Source of the DNA: a virus
Lineage: Duplodnaviria > Caudoviricetes
Length of the DNA stretch: 64,000 nucleotides
Strand: one strand, 5' to 3'
IMG/VR virus record: IMGVR_UViG_3300020365_000001
Part shown: in pieces, positions 1 to 9,693 of the stretch
Layout of the letters: the number at the start of each line of letters is the position of its first letter
Position numbering within the stretch: position 1 is the stretch's first letter
Position numbers and translations under genes: made by a program
The notes under the pieces: model-generated
The model's database searches: none
What the model saw: only the letters and a program-made list of their open reading frames with translations
What the model was told of the DNA's origin: nothing

Positions 1-634
1 GAGGCATTGTCTCAAAGTACTCTTCAATTTTTTTGAATTGCTGAGAACTAAGTTGCTCAATAAACTTGACAATTTCAGACTGGGTACAATCTGATGATGT
101 CCACGCTTCGTCTTCTGTGTAGATAGTATCTACACACTTTGCAACTGCTTTGAAAGCATCATCAATCTTTGCTTTTTCTGTAGTATCAACAGTAAAGTTC
201 TGTTCCATAAACTCATGCATGGAAGGATACTTTAGTTGAATACCGATTCCTCCACCAAGATCAATTTTATCTGTGTGGTTATCAGGTACATCAAGACCAA
301 TGTCTGACATATGAATCTGCAAAGGAACCTGAGTCTCAGGATCATCATCACAAGTAATCAACAGATCAACAGTCTCTCCAACAGATTTGCCCCGAATATT
401 CAAAAACAAATATTCAAGATCAAAACTAGGCAAAGTTTCAATTTTGACACGTGAGAGTACACATGCTTTCAAAACTTCCTTTACTGTAGAAATAATGTCT
501 TTTTGATTACCACTTTCTAGAGCAATCAAAAGTGCTTTTTCTTCCTTGACAAGAAACGGACGATATTTGACTGGTTTGCCGGTGGAAAGCAGAGTAACTT
601 CAAAAGTAGGCGCTACGACCTTTGGTAATGGCAT
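1..634 (-). CDS. gp26: Baseplate hub subunit gp26 (3' end runs out of window)
   Basis: Read manually, not in ORF track: MPLPKVVAPTFEVTLLSTGKPVKYRPFLVKEEKALL...FDLEYLFLNIRGKSVGE; late-promoter-like CTAAATA just upstream. Confidence 0.9.
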   Translation of the reverse strand, partial: MPLPKVVAPTFEVTLLSTGKPVKYRPFLVKEEKALLIALESGNQKDIISTVKEVLKACVLSRVKIETLPSFDLEYLFLNIRGKSVGETVDLLITCDDDPETQVPLQIHMSDIGLDVPDNHTDKIDLGGGIGIQLKYPSMHEFMEQNFTVDTTEKAKIDDAFKAVAKCVDTIYTEDEAWTSSDCTQSEIVKFIEQLSSQQFKKIEEYFETMP

Positions 635-658
635 AATTATTCAATTCAGTAACTTTAT

Positions 659-1501
659 TTAGAAGAGATTTTGACCAGTTAGAAACCGAGATCCAAGGTT
701 TGCAATCGCTCCTACTGGATCTCGTAGAGCATCTGATACAAGTTCAATGGCACTACCATCACGTTCAGGCGGTGATTCTTCGCCAGGTGGTTCTTCCCCT
801 GTTGATGGAATAGGAGATTCTTTGACAGTTCCAACTCCACGAGTTTCAATAAAGTAATTTTCGTATTTGAAGGTTACTGTAGTCTTGATTAGTTCTGCCT
901 TGCCATATGCAAGAGGAGCGGCGATAATATTGGTTGGGAATGCTCTTTCAATATGGTAAGTAATAAACTGATTACCACCATCCCTTGACATAGAAGTAAT
1001 CTGCATACCACACTTGTAACTGTTGGGGTATTGCAATCTACGACCAGCATTTCTTGCACTTTGCCGACTTTTCTTATCTGCTTTGGGTTTTGTTCCGATT
1101 TGAATAGGGGAAATAAACTCCATCCAAGCATTGAAAACATCATTAGTAAAATAATCTTGGGTTGTATACCAAGTCAAGTTGATATCTGGATATCTACGAT
1201 ACATTGCATAGTCTTGGGACAATCCTTGGCGGAGTCCATCAACTTTAGAAGTTTGAATCTGAGAACCTGGCAACAATGCCTCAGAACAATGCATTGCTAA
1301 GAATTGACCAGGATCACCTCGTCCATTCCTATCATATTTTTTGACATATGACAACAACGCTCCACCTTCACCATCTCCAAAATTGATAGAGACATCATAT
1401 TGATTGTTGAACGCAGGATTCAACGCTCCATTTTTTGAGGAACCACTGATAATATCATTGGTCGTCAAAATTGCTCTGTCTAATCCGCTGGGCTTTGCCA
1501 T
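659..1501 (-). CDS. Baseplate/tail-tube initiator-like protein (gp54/gp19-fold)
   Basis: CSEALLPG, FNAWMEFI and AFPTNI...LAYG...TVTFKY motifs; synteny between gp4 and gp26. Confidence 0.6.
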   Translation of the reverse strand: MAKPSGLDRAILTTNDIISGSSKNGALNPAFNNQYDVSINFGDGEGGALLSYVKKYDRNGRGDPGQFLAMHCSEALLPGSQIQTSKVDGLRQGLSQDYAMYRRYPDINLTWYTTQDYFTNDVFNAWMEFISPIQIGTKPKADKKSRQSARNAGRRLQYPNSYKCGMQITSMSRDGGNQFITYHIERAFPTNIIAAPLAYGKAELIKTTVTFKYENYFIETRGVGTVKESPIPSTGEEPPGEESPPERDGSAIELVSDALRDPVGAIANLGSRFLTGQNLF

Positions 1502-1536
1502 CCCTATCTAAATATACTATGGTCGTTATACTATGT

Positions 1537-1968
1537 ATGTCCTATCAAGGTCGCTATAGACCATCAAATCCCAAAAAGTATAAAGGGGATTCTAGGAACA
1601 TAATCTATCGCTCATTGTGGGAGCGTAAGTTTATGGTATATTGTGACAGAAAGGAGTCAATCCTACAATGGGCATCTGAAGAATTTCATATCCCATACTT
1701 TGATCCGACCACAAGAAAAGTTCGCAGATATTTTCCAGACTTCTACATCAAATATAAAAATGTGCATGGTCAGATAGTAGAGAAGGTTATTGAAGTAAAA
1801 CCTGCTAAACAATGTGCTCCTCCAACCACAAAAAGGAGAACCAAGAAGCACATCTACGAATCTCTAGAATATGCCAAGAATTTAGCAAAATGGAAAGCAG
1901 CAGAAGAATTTTGTGCTGACCGAAAGTGGGAATTTCAAGTCATGACGGAGAAGGAACTTGGAATATAG
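1537..1968 (+). CDS. gp4: Head completion nuclease gp4 (TnsA-like)
   Basis: MSYQGRYRPSNPKKYKGD...YRSLWERKFM...RYFPDF...EVKP; start moved to ATG 1537. Confidence 0.92.
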   Translation: MSYQGRYRPSNPKKYKGDSRNIIYRSLWERKFMVYCDRKESILQWASEEFHIPYFDPTTRKVRRYFPDFYIKYKNVHGQIVEKVIEVKPAKQCAPPTTKRRTKKHIYESLEYAKNLAKWKAAEEFCADRKWEFQVMTEKELGI

Positions 1969-2383
1969 AGATGAATTCCCAAATTCTACTTTAGTGAGTG
2001 AACCTGCCCCAGGATCTATTTCATTGTTTCACTATACGGCAAAAACTGCCTTGAAACTACCATACTACGACAGAAATCCTCTGTGCTATGTGGTGGCAAG
2101 AGAAGGTAGAAATATTTTCTACGGAATCAACTTACATTATCATCCACCAGCAAGTAGAGAGTCGTTGATACGATATATTGATTCAGGCAGTGACTTTACA
2201 CGTCTCAGGGGTTATCATAAATACCTAAAATCATATGTAAATAGTCCATTTCTTCAAATTTCGATGGAAGAGTGGGGTAAAGCAGTAGCACTCGACTCTG
2301 AGCAATTTGTTAGAGACCTTGGTGCTATTGAGATTGATATTAGTCCCTCCACGGTGTATCGAAAAGGATTTTATAAGGATTAG
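1958..2383 (+). CDS. gp2: DNA end protector gp2-like
   Basis: LPYYDRNPL, FYGINLHY, HKYL motifs; follows gp4. Confidence 0.7.
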   Translation: MEYRDEFPNSTLVSEPAPGSISLFHYTAKTALKLPYYDRNPLCYVVAREGRNIFYGINLHYHPPASRESLIRYIDSGSDFTRLRGYHKYLKSYVNSPFLQISMEEWGKAVALDSEQFVRDLGAIEIDISPSTVYRKGFYKD

Positions 2384-2386
2384 AAT

Positions 2387-4066
2387 ATGACATCATCAGC
2401 ACCACGCAATCCAATACTAAATCCTTCTGGTAACGCTCCTCGACAGGTTTCTACTTGCATTTATAAGAGTAAATGTACTGCAACCAATGGAAAGAAGCGA
2501 AAAGTTACCGTAAATGGCAACGAATATCGAATGCTGCTATCTGCGGACATGAACGATAACAATTTTGCACAGGTCTTGAGTCTGCAAAATATAACTAATA
2601 ATACAGTTTTAGGCAAAACTGATGCAGAGTTTACAAAGGTCATGGCGACCAATTCTGCAAAGAATGGATATATTGCTGCCATTGACAGCATGGCGCAAGC
2701 AGCAGATGAGAGTAAAAGATTACCGGAACTCAAACAAGCATTAGATAGAGTAGGTTTTGGCAATCTCTTGCAATTAGATGCATCAGGAAGACCTATACAA
2801 AATCTAAAAAGATTTGCAGGATCTTTGGCGGATCCAGCAACCCCTTTCTATGGAGATCAACTCGTAAACTCACTGCTGGGGTCAACCCCCATTCCAATCG
2901 GCAGTAGAGCAAAGACAACAGCTCAACTCAATACAACCGAAGTTGAAGATGCACCCGCTACGCCAATTCCAGCAGCTAAAGCTGATAAAATCGTAAACCT
3001 TTCATATCCAGTAGATGCTCTATACAGTAACAGCGAAGATGGTGCAATAAAAGAAGGTAACGACTATATTAGAATTGAAAGGTTTACATATAAACCACCT
3101 CAAGCAGATTTCCTGAATAGTCCTAATAATGCGATCGGGAACGTTCTAGCAGGAGGACTGAAAAGAGGTAGCAATCTATCCAAATTTATTGGTCTTGTCA
3201 AACTACCAATCCCAAATGATTTGAATGTTAGTAATGGTGTTGACTGGGGTGGTGCTAATGCAAACCCAGTTGAGGCAGCAGCATTTTTTGCAGCAAGAAA
3301 TAAAATCAAAGAAACTCTGAATAGTCCTAATAATGCCATACAAAACATTCTTAGTGCTATCGCAACAGGAGTTGGTGGTCTCAAGTCTCTAACACAAGTA
3401 TCAACTAAGAATGTAAACGCCCAAACTGCATTATCTGCTGCTATCGCTAAATTTGCTCTTTCTACAGTAAATATCAATGTTGATCCAGCACAATTTATCA
3501 CTAGAGAAACTGGACAAACATTGAATCCCAATTTAGAACTACTGTTTGCTGGTCCTAAGTTGAGAAATTTTGCTTTCCGGTTTGATTTTGCCCCCAACTC
3601 GGAAAGTGATGCGAGTGCTGCTCGCAAAATTCAACGATTCTTTAGAGAAGGTATGTTGCCCCAAGCAACCACTCCTGTTGGAGGATCAGGTGGTAGTGGT
3701 CCTGAGGATGCTCTCTTCTTAGGATCTCCAGATGTTTTCAGGGTTTCTTACTTCAATGGAGACAGGAGAATTAGAGGTCTTCCCATACATAAAATATGTG
3801 CACTGACGCAGTGTGCAATCAACTTTACTGATCAAGGTGTTTATCAATCATATCATGATTCTAAGGCAGGATCACAACCAGTAAGATCTCAAATGATTTT
3901 GTCGTTTACTGAGTTGACTCCTATATTCCGTGAAGATTACACTGGAGATGGACCAGACAACAAGCAACTGTTTGGTGCTCAAGATGCCAGAAGGAGTACA
4001 TCTTCTGGTATCAAAGGTCCACTTATGGGTGAGAATGACATCACTGAGGAGGACATCGGATTCTAA
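2387..4066 (+). CDS. gp48: Baseplate tail-tube cap gp48
   Basis: NPNLELLFAGPKLRNFAFRFDFAP and LSFTELTPI motifs; long N-terminal extension. Confidence 0.85.
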   Translation: MTSSAPRNPILNPSGNAPRQVSTCIYKSKCTATNGKKRKVTVNGNEYRMLLSADMNDNNFAQVLSLQNITNNTVLGKTDAEFTKVMATNSAKNGYIAAIDSMAQAADESKRLPELKQALDRVGFGNLLQLDASGRPIQNLKRFAGSLADPATPFYGDQLVNSLLGSTPIPIGSRAKTTAQLNTTEVEDAPATPIPAAKADKIVNLSYPVDALYSNSEDGAIKEGNDYIRIERFTYKPPQADFLNSPNNAIGNVLAGGLKRGSNLSKFIGLVKLPIPNDLNVSNGVDWGGANANPVEAAAFFAARNKIKETLNSPNNAIQNILSAIATGVGGLKSLTQVSTKNVNAQTALSAAIAKFALSTVNINVDPAQFITRETGQTLNPNLELLFAGPKLRNFAFRFDFAPNSESDASAARKIQRFFREGMLPQATTPVGGSGGSGPEDALFLGSPDVFRVSYFNGDRRIRGLPIHKICALTQCAINFTDQGVYQSYHDSKAGSQPVRSQMILSFTELTPIFREDYTGDGPDNKQLFGAQDARRSTSSGIKGPLMGENDITEEDIGF

Positions 4067-4725
4067 TGCCTTACTTTACAAATTTCCCCAAGGTTTTACT
4101 ACCTTCATTTTCAGACAACAGGACATCTAGTTTTGACTACGTTGAGACAACAAACATCTTCAAACGAGGTAAAATTCGTGATGATATTTTTGGAAGTCTC
4201 ACCGCATTCAAAAAATTTGTTATTGAGGGAGATGATCGTCCCGACAACGTAGCAAACACCTTATACGGTTCTCCAGATCTTGATTGGATTGTTCTCCTGT
4301 CCAACAACATTATCAACGTCAGGGATGAATGGCCCATGAATGGGTATGATTTCAAACGCTACCTCGACAATAAGTATGGTGGTCCAGAAAATCTAAACAA
4401 TATTCATCACTACGAAACTATTGAACGTAGAAACTCTGAAAATGTCGTAATTCAGACTGCTGGTCTAGAGTGTGATGCAAACCATACTTTTTCATACTCG
4501 GAGAAAGGTATAAACTACACAGAAACTGGATGTGTGTCTGTGTCGAACTTAGAATATGAAGAGAAGAAAAATGATGAAAAACGTCAAATTTTTGCTCTTC
4601 TCCCACAATATATTGGCGTCATCAAAGAAGATATGCGTGAAATTTTGACATATACTGATTCTAGTCAATTTGTCAACCGTAAACTCAAGAAAGGCGATAA
4701 TTTACGTATTGCTAGTCCTCGATAA
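4066..4725 (+). CDS. gp53: Baseplate wedge gp53
   Basis: YFTNFP...DRPDNVA..LYGSPDLDWIVLLSNNI...EWP...IHHYET. Confidence 0.92.
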   Translation: MPYFTNFPKVLLPSFSDNRTSSFDYVETTNIFKRGKIRDDIFGSLTAFKKFVIEGDDRPDNVANTLYGSPDLDWIVLLSNNIINVRDEWPMNGYDFKRYLDNKYGGPENLNNIHHYETIERRNSENVVIQTAGLECDANHTFSYSEKGINYTETGCVSVSNLEYEEKKNDEKRQIFALLPQYIGVIKEDMREILTYTDSSQFVNRKLKKGDNLRIASPR

Positions 4726-5265
4726 ATGTTGAGGATTGTTGGGACTATGCGGAACGTCCCAAACTAGAGAATACCTATCAACAGGCCCTACGTTCTTTGC
4801 AGCGTGGGGTAATTTATTATGGAACCAGAAAAAAGTGCCCGGTGGGACTAACATTTGCTCATCACCGACTCTATACAAATAAGTCCCCTGTAGGGACAAA
4901 TGGTATCTGTCCTTTTTCTTATAATACTCTCCTCGGTCAATATGCTCTCCTACACTGCCTCCGGGCAATAATCGGAAAAATGCTGCTCTGCCCGTTTCGG
5001 TAATATTGTACTTTTTCCAAAATTCATGCACTTTTGGATATAAGTCGTATAATGGGGTTTTTGCTTGTCCCATGGCATCATGAGGATCTTCACCTCTCTT
5101 GACTTGTGCCCAAACAAGGGGTAAGAACCCATATGGGTTTTTGTCGCCACCAATCTTTCTTTGAGTTTGCGTTGCCACCCAATCCCAGTGTTTTGGATCT
5201 ATTTCATCCAAAAACGGTTTTACATCAATATTCTTCTCGATGATAACAATGTTTTTGTATGCCAT
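4702..5265 (-). CDS. Aspartyl/asparaginyl beta-hydroxylase-like 2OG-Fe(II) oxygenase
   Basis: LLPGGSVGEHID...RYHLSL...FWFHNKLPHAAKN..DR.SLVWD. Confidence 0.8.
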   Translation of the reverse strand: MAYKNIVIIEKNIDVKPFLDEIDPKHWDWVATQTQRKIGGDKNPYGFLPLVWAQVKRGEDPHDAMGQAKTPLYDLYPKVHEFWKKYNITETGRAAFFRLLPGGSVGEHIDRGEYYKKKDRYHLSLQGTYLYRVGDEQMLVPPGTFFWFHNKLPHAAKNVGPVDRYSLVWDVPHSPNNPQHLSRTSNT

Positions 5266-5280
5266 AAAAATCTATAGGGG

Positions 5281-5334
5281 CAAAAAATACCCGGAGTTTT
5301 TTTTGCCCTTTTCGGTAAATAAAAAGTCGTTTTT
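5281..5334. repeat. 54-bp A/T-tract element, copy A
   Basis: Ungapped 40/54 identity to 12885-12938; core CCGGAG-T8. Confidence 0.6.
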
Positions 5335-5896
5335 AGTCCAGGATACGAAGATGACATGCTACAGATACCCTGTCCCTATCCGATCTATTCACGTCCACAT
5401 AATGAACCAGGTTACTGTTGAAAAACACCCCATGGTTTGCCTTGGGAGTCAGAACAAGAGCATTCCGATCAGTCTTAGGTCTGACTGATGTATTCCAATG
5501 CTGCTGAGGATATGGGTTCATGATAATCAAATCACCCGACTTCCTAGGTGCTTTCAACCAGAATACTCCACTAATCTCTCCAAAATTATGATGATGCATA
5601 CAGTTTGATGCACCAGGACCATTGACATTTGCAAAGAATGAGGTAAACTCTAATGCATTGACTTTCTCATGCATATTGCAATATTCTAACGCTCTCTGAT
5701 AGATCAAGACCTTCAGGTTCTGAAGTTGGTCTCGACCATTCATCAGTTTCTGCCACCCATCTACGTTAGAAAACCCATCAGATTCAGGTTTCTCATCCCG
5801 AGTCTTATAGATCTCACTAAGAGAAGAGTCCAGGAGGGGGAGTTTATCCCCTTCCCAGACTCCAATCAATTCAGAAAATCTGAATGTCTGCATCAT
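5333..5896 (-). CDS. 2OG-Fe(II) oxygenase (TIGR02466-like)
   Basis: NVN...HHH...ISGVFWL...FFNSNLVHYV..N..D.RVSVA. Confidence 0.8.
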   Translation of the reverse strand: MMQTFRFSELIGVWEGDKLPLLDSSLSEIYKTRDEKPESDGFSNVDGWQKLMNGRDQLQNLKVLIYQRALEYCNMHEKVNALEFTSFFANVNGPGASNCMHHHNFGEISGVFWLKAPRKSGDLIIMNPYPQQHWNTSVRPKTDRNALVLTPKANHGVFFNSNLVHYVDVNRSDRDRVSVACHLRILD

Positions 5897-6798
5897 GCAT
5901 CAGCAAGACGTTGGAAGTAAGACAGAGCATCATCACTGTCGTCTTCAGAAGCAGGAGCACTAGCAGCGGCAGCAACTGTTGCTTTCAACTCAGATTCTGG
6001 TTTCGTGGTGATCTCCTGTTCCTCATCAAAGGTCTCTGGATCCACACGCTTCGGACGTGAGTTGTTCAGCACAGAGTTGAGACGAGTCTCAAGTTCATCA
6101 TAAGACTTGAACTGATCTGGATTGGTGAACTCTTGCAGAGAATACTGCTTCTTCCACAGTGCTTCCAGTGCATCATCATCGTCCAGAAGAGGAGAAGATG
6201 CAGCGAACTCAGAAGAATCGTAGTTACGATAACCTGCAACGTTCTTTGCTTTCAGTTTGAAGTGAGCACCACCCCAGAAATCAAAGGGATCGATTGCTTC
6301 TTCATCTTCAAACTCAGGTTGCATGGCAGCAGAGAGTTTGTCAAAGATCTTCTTACCAAACTTATACAGGAAGACTTTGCCTTCGTTGTGAGGATTAGCA
6401 GGGTCCTTGACAACGTAGATGTTAGCAGTGTAACTGAGTTTACGCTTCTGCTTACGTGCAAGATCCTTGTCAGAATCAGTGCCACTGTTCCACAGCAGGC
6501 GATTGTATTCAGAGACAGGATCTTTCTTACCCAGAGTGGTCAGAGAGTTCTCAATGTACCAACCTCCAGGACCTTGGAAAGCGTGAGACCACACCTTTGC
6601 CCAAGGAAGTTCTTCCCCTTCGGGAGCAGGAAGGAAACGGATAACAGCATAACCGTTGCCTGCTTTGTCAACCTCCAGTTTCCACAAGCGATCATCTGCG
6701 TTGTTGGAACCGGTGGTATTCATTTTTTCAATCTCTTTGGTCAGTTTGGAAGTCAAACTACCAAGTTTGGATTGCTTCTTGAGGTCTGCGAAAGACAT
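5893..6798 (-). CDS. gp32: Single-stranded DNA-binding protein gp32
   Basis: MSFADLKK...DDRLWKLEVDKAGNGYAVIRFLP...FQGPGGWYIENSLTT, acidic tail; start moved to ATG 6798. Confidence 0.97.
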   Translation of the reverse strand: MSFADLKKQSKLGSLTSKLTKEIEKMNTTGSNNADDRLWKLEVDKAGNGYAVIRFLPAPEGEELPWAKVWSHAFQGPGGWYIENSLTTLGKKDPVSEYNRLLWNSGTDSDKDLARKQKRKLSYTANIYVVKDPANPHNEGKVFLYKFGKKIFDKLSAAMQPEFEDEEAIDPFDFWGGAHFKLKAKNVAGYRNYDSSEFAASSPLLDDDDALEALWKKQYSLQEFTNPDQFKSYDELETRLNSVLNNSRPKRVDPETFDEEQEITTKPESELKATVAAAASAPASEDDSDDALSYFQRLADA

Positions 6799-6845
6799 AG
6801 GATTTGTTAGATTCGGTGGATTGTTTGGATTGTCACCGGACACAT

Positions 6846-6874
6846 AGTATAGCGTCCTATTTAGATCCTGTCAA
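6846..6874 (-). promoter_or_regulatory. sigma70-type promoter for gp32, with a late-promoter motif in its spacer
   Basis: TTGACA-17nt-TATACT; spacer contains CTAAATA. Confidence 0.8.
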
Positions 6875-7210
6875 GGAGGAGTCGATCATGCGGTCAATGC
6901 TCCGAGACATGTTGTTGAAAGAATATCCCATGTAGATCTGACCGAAGAGTACAAACAACAGACCAGTACAAGCGATCACATTCATGCGCTTACGATCTTC
7001 GATTGCTCGGTGCTCACGTGGGTTCACAACATTTCCCTTGGAGTCGCGAGCGATATGTGCGTTGTTCAAAATTCCTTCAGTTTTAGGTGGTGTACAATCT
7101 GCTTTTGTCAGAGTAGTTGGTTTGAGATTTGACAGTTTGTTGAAACCTTTAGGCATCAGATACCACATATGATACAAGTGCATTCTAACTTCTCCAGGTT
7201 TATGTGTCAA
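6857..7210 (-). CDS. Hypothetical protein with C-terminal TM helix (GQIY motif)
   Basis: ORF packed in operon; hydrophobic segment. Confidence 0.55.
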   Translation of the reverse strand: MTHKPGEVRMHLYHMWYLMPKGFNKLSNLKPTTLTKADCTPPKTEGILNNAHIARDSKGNVVNPREHRAIEDRKRMNVIACTGLLFVLFGQIYMGYSFNNMSRSIDRMIDSSLTGSK

Positions 7211-7427
7211 GCATGTCGAAAGAATGCTGCATCAACATAGCAGACAGTTTTATTTTTAGAAACTGCAAGAACTCCTGCTCCTCTGGTGGACGAGCAGGTG
7301 ATCCTGGCCAAGTTTTTATCGCATAACAGATGTGATCATGTAGTAATCGAATTTCTTCGATGGACAACCCGAATGAGGCGTACCAATCACTCTCAAACTC
7401 CTCGCTATATTCTGAGTGGAGATCCAT
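7200..7427 (-). CDS. Small hypothetical protein (WPGSPARP.EEQE family)
   Basis: Motif recalled from cyanophage/picocyanobacterial small proteins. Confidence 0.65.
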   Translation of the reverse strand: MDLHSEYSEEFESDWYASFGLSIEEIRLLHDHICYAIKTWPGSPARPPEEQEFLQFLKIKLSAMLMQHSFDMLDT

Positions 7428-7433
7428 GGTGGA

Positions 7434-7763
7434 TCATTTTCTTAGTTGGGTTTGCATTTGCACTAACACATTATGCATGTTGCGGAAGATGGTACCCATG
7501 TCTGCGTTGCCAAATCCCATATCCTTCGACGCTTCCATGAGTTTTTCTTTCATCTCAATCGCTTCAGGATCATCCGACAAGGACATTCTGGTCCACATAA
7601 TCTGCTGTTTTTCTAACAATTCTTTCAAGGTCTCGATGTGTTCCCACTTCGCATCGGAACTCATGTAGGGAAACTTCTGGATAACACCGTACAATTCTTT
7701 TTGTAATTCGTAGATGGTAGTCATCTCACGCATTACATTTTCACTCTCAAAAAAATTGGTCAT
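7434..7763 (-). CDS. DUF1825-family cyanophage protein
   Basis: FFESENV...LLEKQQIMWTRMSLSDDPEA. Confidence 0.8.
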   Translation of the reverse strand: MTNFFESENVMREMTTIYELQKELYGVIQKFPYMSSDAKWEHIETLKELLEKQQIMWTRMSLSDDPEAIEMKEKLMEASKDMGFGNADMGTIFRNMHNVLVQMQTQLRK

Positions 7764-8346
7764 TTAGTTCGGTGATTACCTGGTGCTTGTATTTTTCCTT
7801 GTCGATATTTAGGAAGGGTAGGTACTTGCGAATTTTCATACCGATAGTATGCCAGACAGGATCATCTAGTTTCTTATCATAATCTTTGCAGTATCCAAAC
7901 AGTTGTTCATAGATAACTGCCTCTTCAATACTAAGATTACCTGCTAGATATTCTTTGAGTAGTGGTGGGTGTCCATCCTTTGGTTCAAGGAATACTTGCA
8001 GACCATACTGCTCCATCATATTTTTGTTCGTACCTTTGAAGTTGTAGAACAAACTTTGTTGGCGGCGCTGCCATTCTTTGAAGACACCTTCACCACTACG
8101 GATGATGTTACCAATCCACATACCTGATGGGTTGTCAGTGCTGATGAAGTTAGCAAGGAAGAAGTTCCTGATGTCCTCATCTTTATACTTCCTTGAGGTC
8201 TTCTCAAAAAAGTATCTGTCCTTCCTCTTGTAGAAAGAGTCAAGACTTGCTCTAGACTTACCAGCATACCTAAAGTAATCATACTTCTCCTTAGAGAAGT
8301 GATTTTTGTACGCCAGATACTCCTTGTAAGTATCAAACGGTGTCAT
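7747..8346 (-). CDS. gp59: Helicase loader gp59
   Basis: YLAYKNHF...YDYFRY.GKSRAS..SFYKRKDRYFFEK. Confidence 0.9.
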   Translation of the reverse strand: MTPFDTYKEYLAYKNHFSKEKYDYFRYAGKSRASLDSFYKRKDRYFFEKTSRKYKDEDIRNFFLANFISTDNPSGMWIGNIIRSGEGVFKEWQRRQQSLFYNFKGTNKNMMEQYGLQVFLEPKDGHPPLLKEYLAGNLSIEEAVIYEQLFGYCKDYDKKLDDPVWHTIGMKIRKYLPFLNIDKEKYKHQVITELNDQFF

Positions 8347-9409
8347 AGGTTGCTTCATCATGCATAGCGACGTTCTTTTTCAATTTCGCATCCAACTGTT
8401 TAGTTGCCGTGAACCATACAGGGTTGCGAGGACACATGGAACAGATCCAATGTGGTTTTGTTACCTCATCAAAGGATTGTTGAATCTCTTCTTGGGATGA
8501 GTGTATGCTAGTGGGTTTGTAGGCCAAATACTTCTGCCATTCTGGATCGTCCATCTGATTGGTTGCATCAAGGGACTCTCTCAGGTAGGAGATCATGGGA
8601 CACTTCCAAAGGTGACCGTTATACAGTTGACTGTTCGGGCACGTACAATGAGTGAAACTTTCCTCAGGATCTCCCTCCTCAAAGGGATAGTATTTGATCT
8701 GGTCATCTTTGATATCGTACTTGACAATATCAAACCACTGTCTAGGTTTTCCATCAAGCAGACGGAATGCCTCACTAAATTCTAACAGGTTTTCTGTGTC
8801 AGCGCCACGTTCTTTACAATATCTTATGAATTTTGCTGCGTTCTCCCAGTTTACCGATCCCTGCTTGGTATACCAGGGTTTGTGAAAGGTTACTCGGAAG
8901 TTCACACCCTTCAGCATTTCATCAACGATCCACTCCTTCTCCTGTAAGAGGCGTGAACCGTTGCTAAACAGTTTTATGTTACAGGTCTGCCCAGTTGCTT
9001 CTGCGACCTCTCTGGTGACCTTTACGACCTCTCTCGTGCGGGGTTCTAGTAAAGGTTCGCCACCGATGATACTAATATGACTCCAGACATATACTTTTGG
9101 CAGAAAAGATTTGATGTCATCTATCAACGCATCGATGTCAACACCACTCTTTACACCAAGAAGACTGCTGTTGTGATTACATGCACGACAGGCGAGATTG
9201 CACCCGTTGATAACATGAATACTCAGCAGTCTTGTGGTAGGTCTCTCCGCTTCCAGAGATGCTATCTCTTCAGGAGTAACCTGCTTGAAGTTAGAAATCC
9301 AGAATCCTCTTTGCTCTCTCACATAGTCAACGCTTTTACTAACCTCCAACAATCTTTCTTCCGAAAGATGTTTACACATTTTAGCAAGCGTCCACTCTTT
9401 GAGTTGCAT
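8333..9409 (-). CDS. Radical SAM protein (paralog of 11345-12136)
   Basis: CNLACRAC, IIGGEP, SNG; auxiliary Cys in CTCP..LYNGHLWKCP and ICSMC. Confidence 0.88.
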   Translation of the reverse strand: MQLKEWTLAKMCKHLSEERLLEVSKSVDYVREQRGFWISNFKQVTPEEIASLEAERPTTRLLSIHVINGCNLACRACNHNSSLLGVKSGVDIDALIDDIKSFLPKVYVWSHISIIGGEPLLEPRTREVVKVTREVAEATGQTCNIKLFSNGSRLLQEKEWIVDEMLKGVNFRVTFHKPWYTKQGSVNWENAAKFIRYCKERGADTENLLEFSEAFRLLDGKPRQWFDIVKYDIKDDQIKYYPFEEGDPEESFTHCTCPNSQLYNGHLWKCPMISYLRESLDATNQMDDPEWQKYLAYKPTSIHSSQEEIQQSFDEVTKPHWICSMCPRNPVWFTATKQLDAKLKKNVAMHDEATYDTV

Positions 9410-9693
9410 TAGATACTAAAAAACTTTGCTTTAGATGTCCTCTTCAAGTAATTTAGGTTTGTTGCATTCCCTTTGAGTTTTTCTTTCAAAGGTTTGGTGA
9501 TGAGTTTTGATACTGATTCGATCTCAATGTTGTTGGTCTCACAGTAATGGCAGATCGCTTCGATGTAGTTCATCTCGGCGTTGTCCTTCACCAAATTTTC
9601 AATGTCATTTGTGAATTTGTCCTGACACAGGAACTTTTGCTTCAAAATAGATCGCATTTCAGTTTTGGAACTCATTGATTTTTTCTTCGACAA
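9409..9693 (-). CDS. gp33: Late transcription co-activator gp33
   Basis: MNYIEAICHYCE.N.IEIESVSKLITKPLKEKLK..A..LNYL; start may be 9675. Confidence 0.9.
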   Translation of the reverse strand: MSKKKSMSSKTEMRSILKQKFLCQDKFTNDIENLVKDNAEMNYIEAICHYCETNNIEIESVSKLITKPLKEKLKGNATNLNYLKRTSKAKFFSI

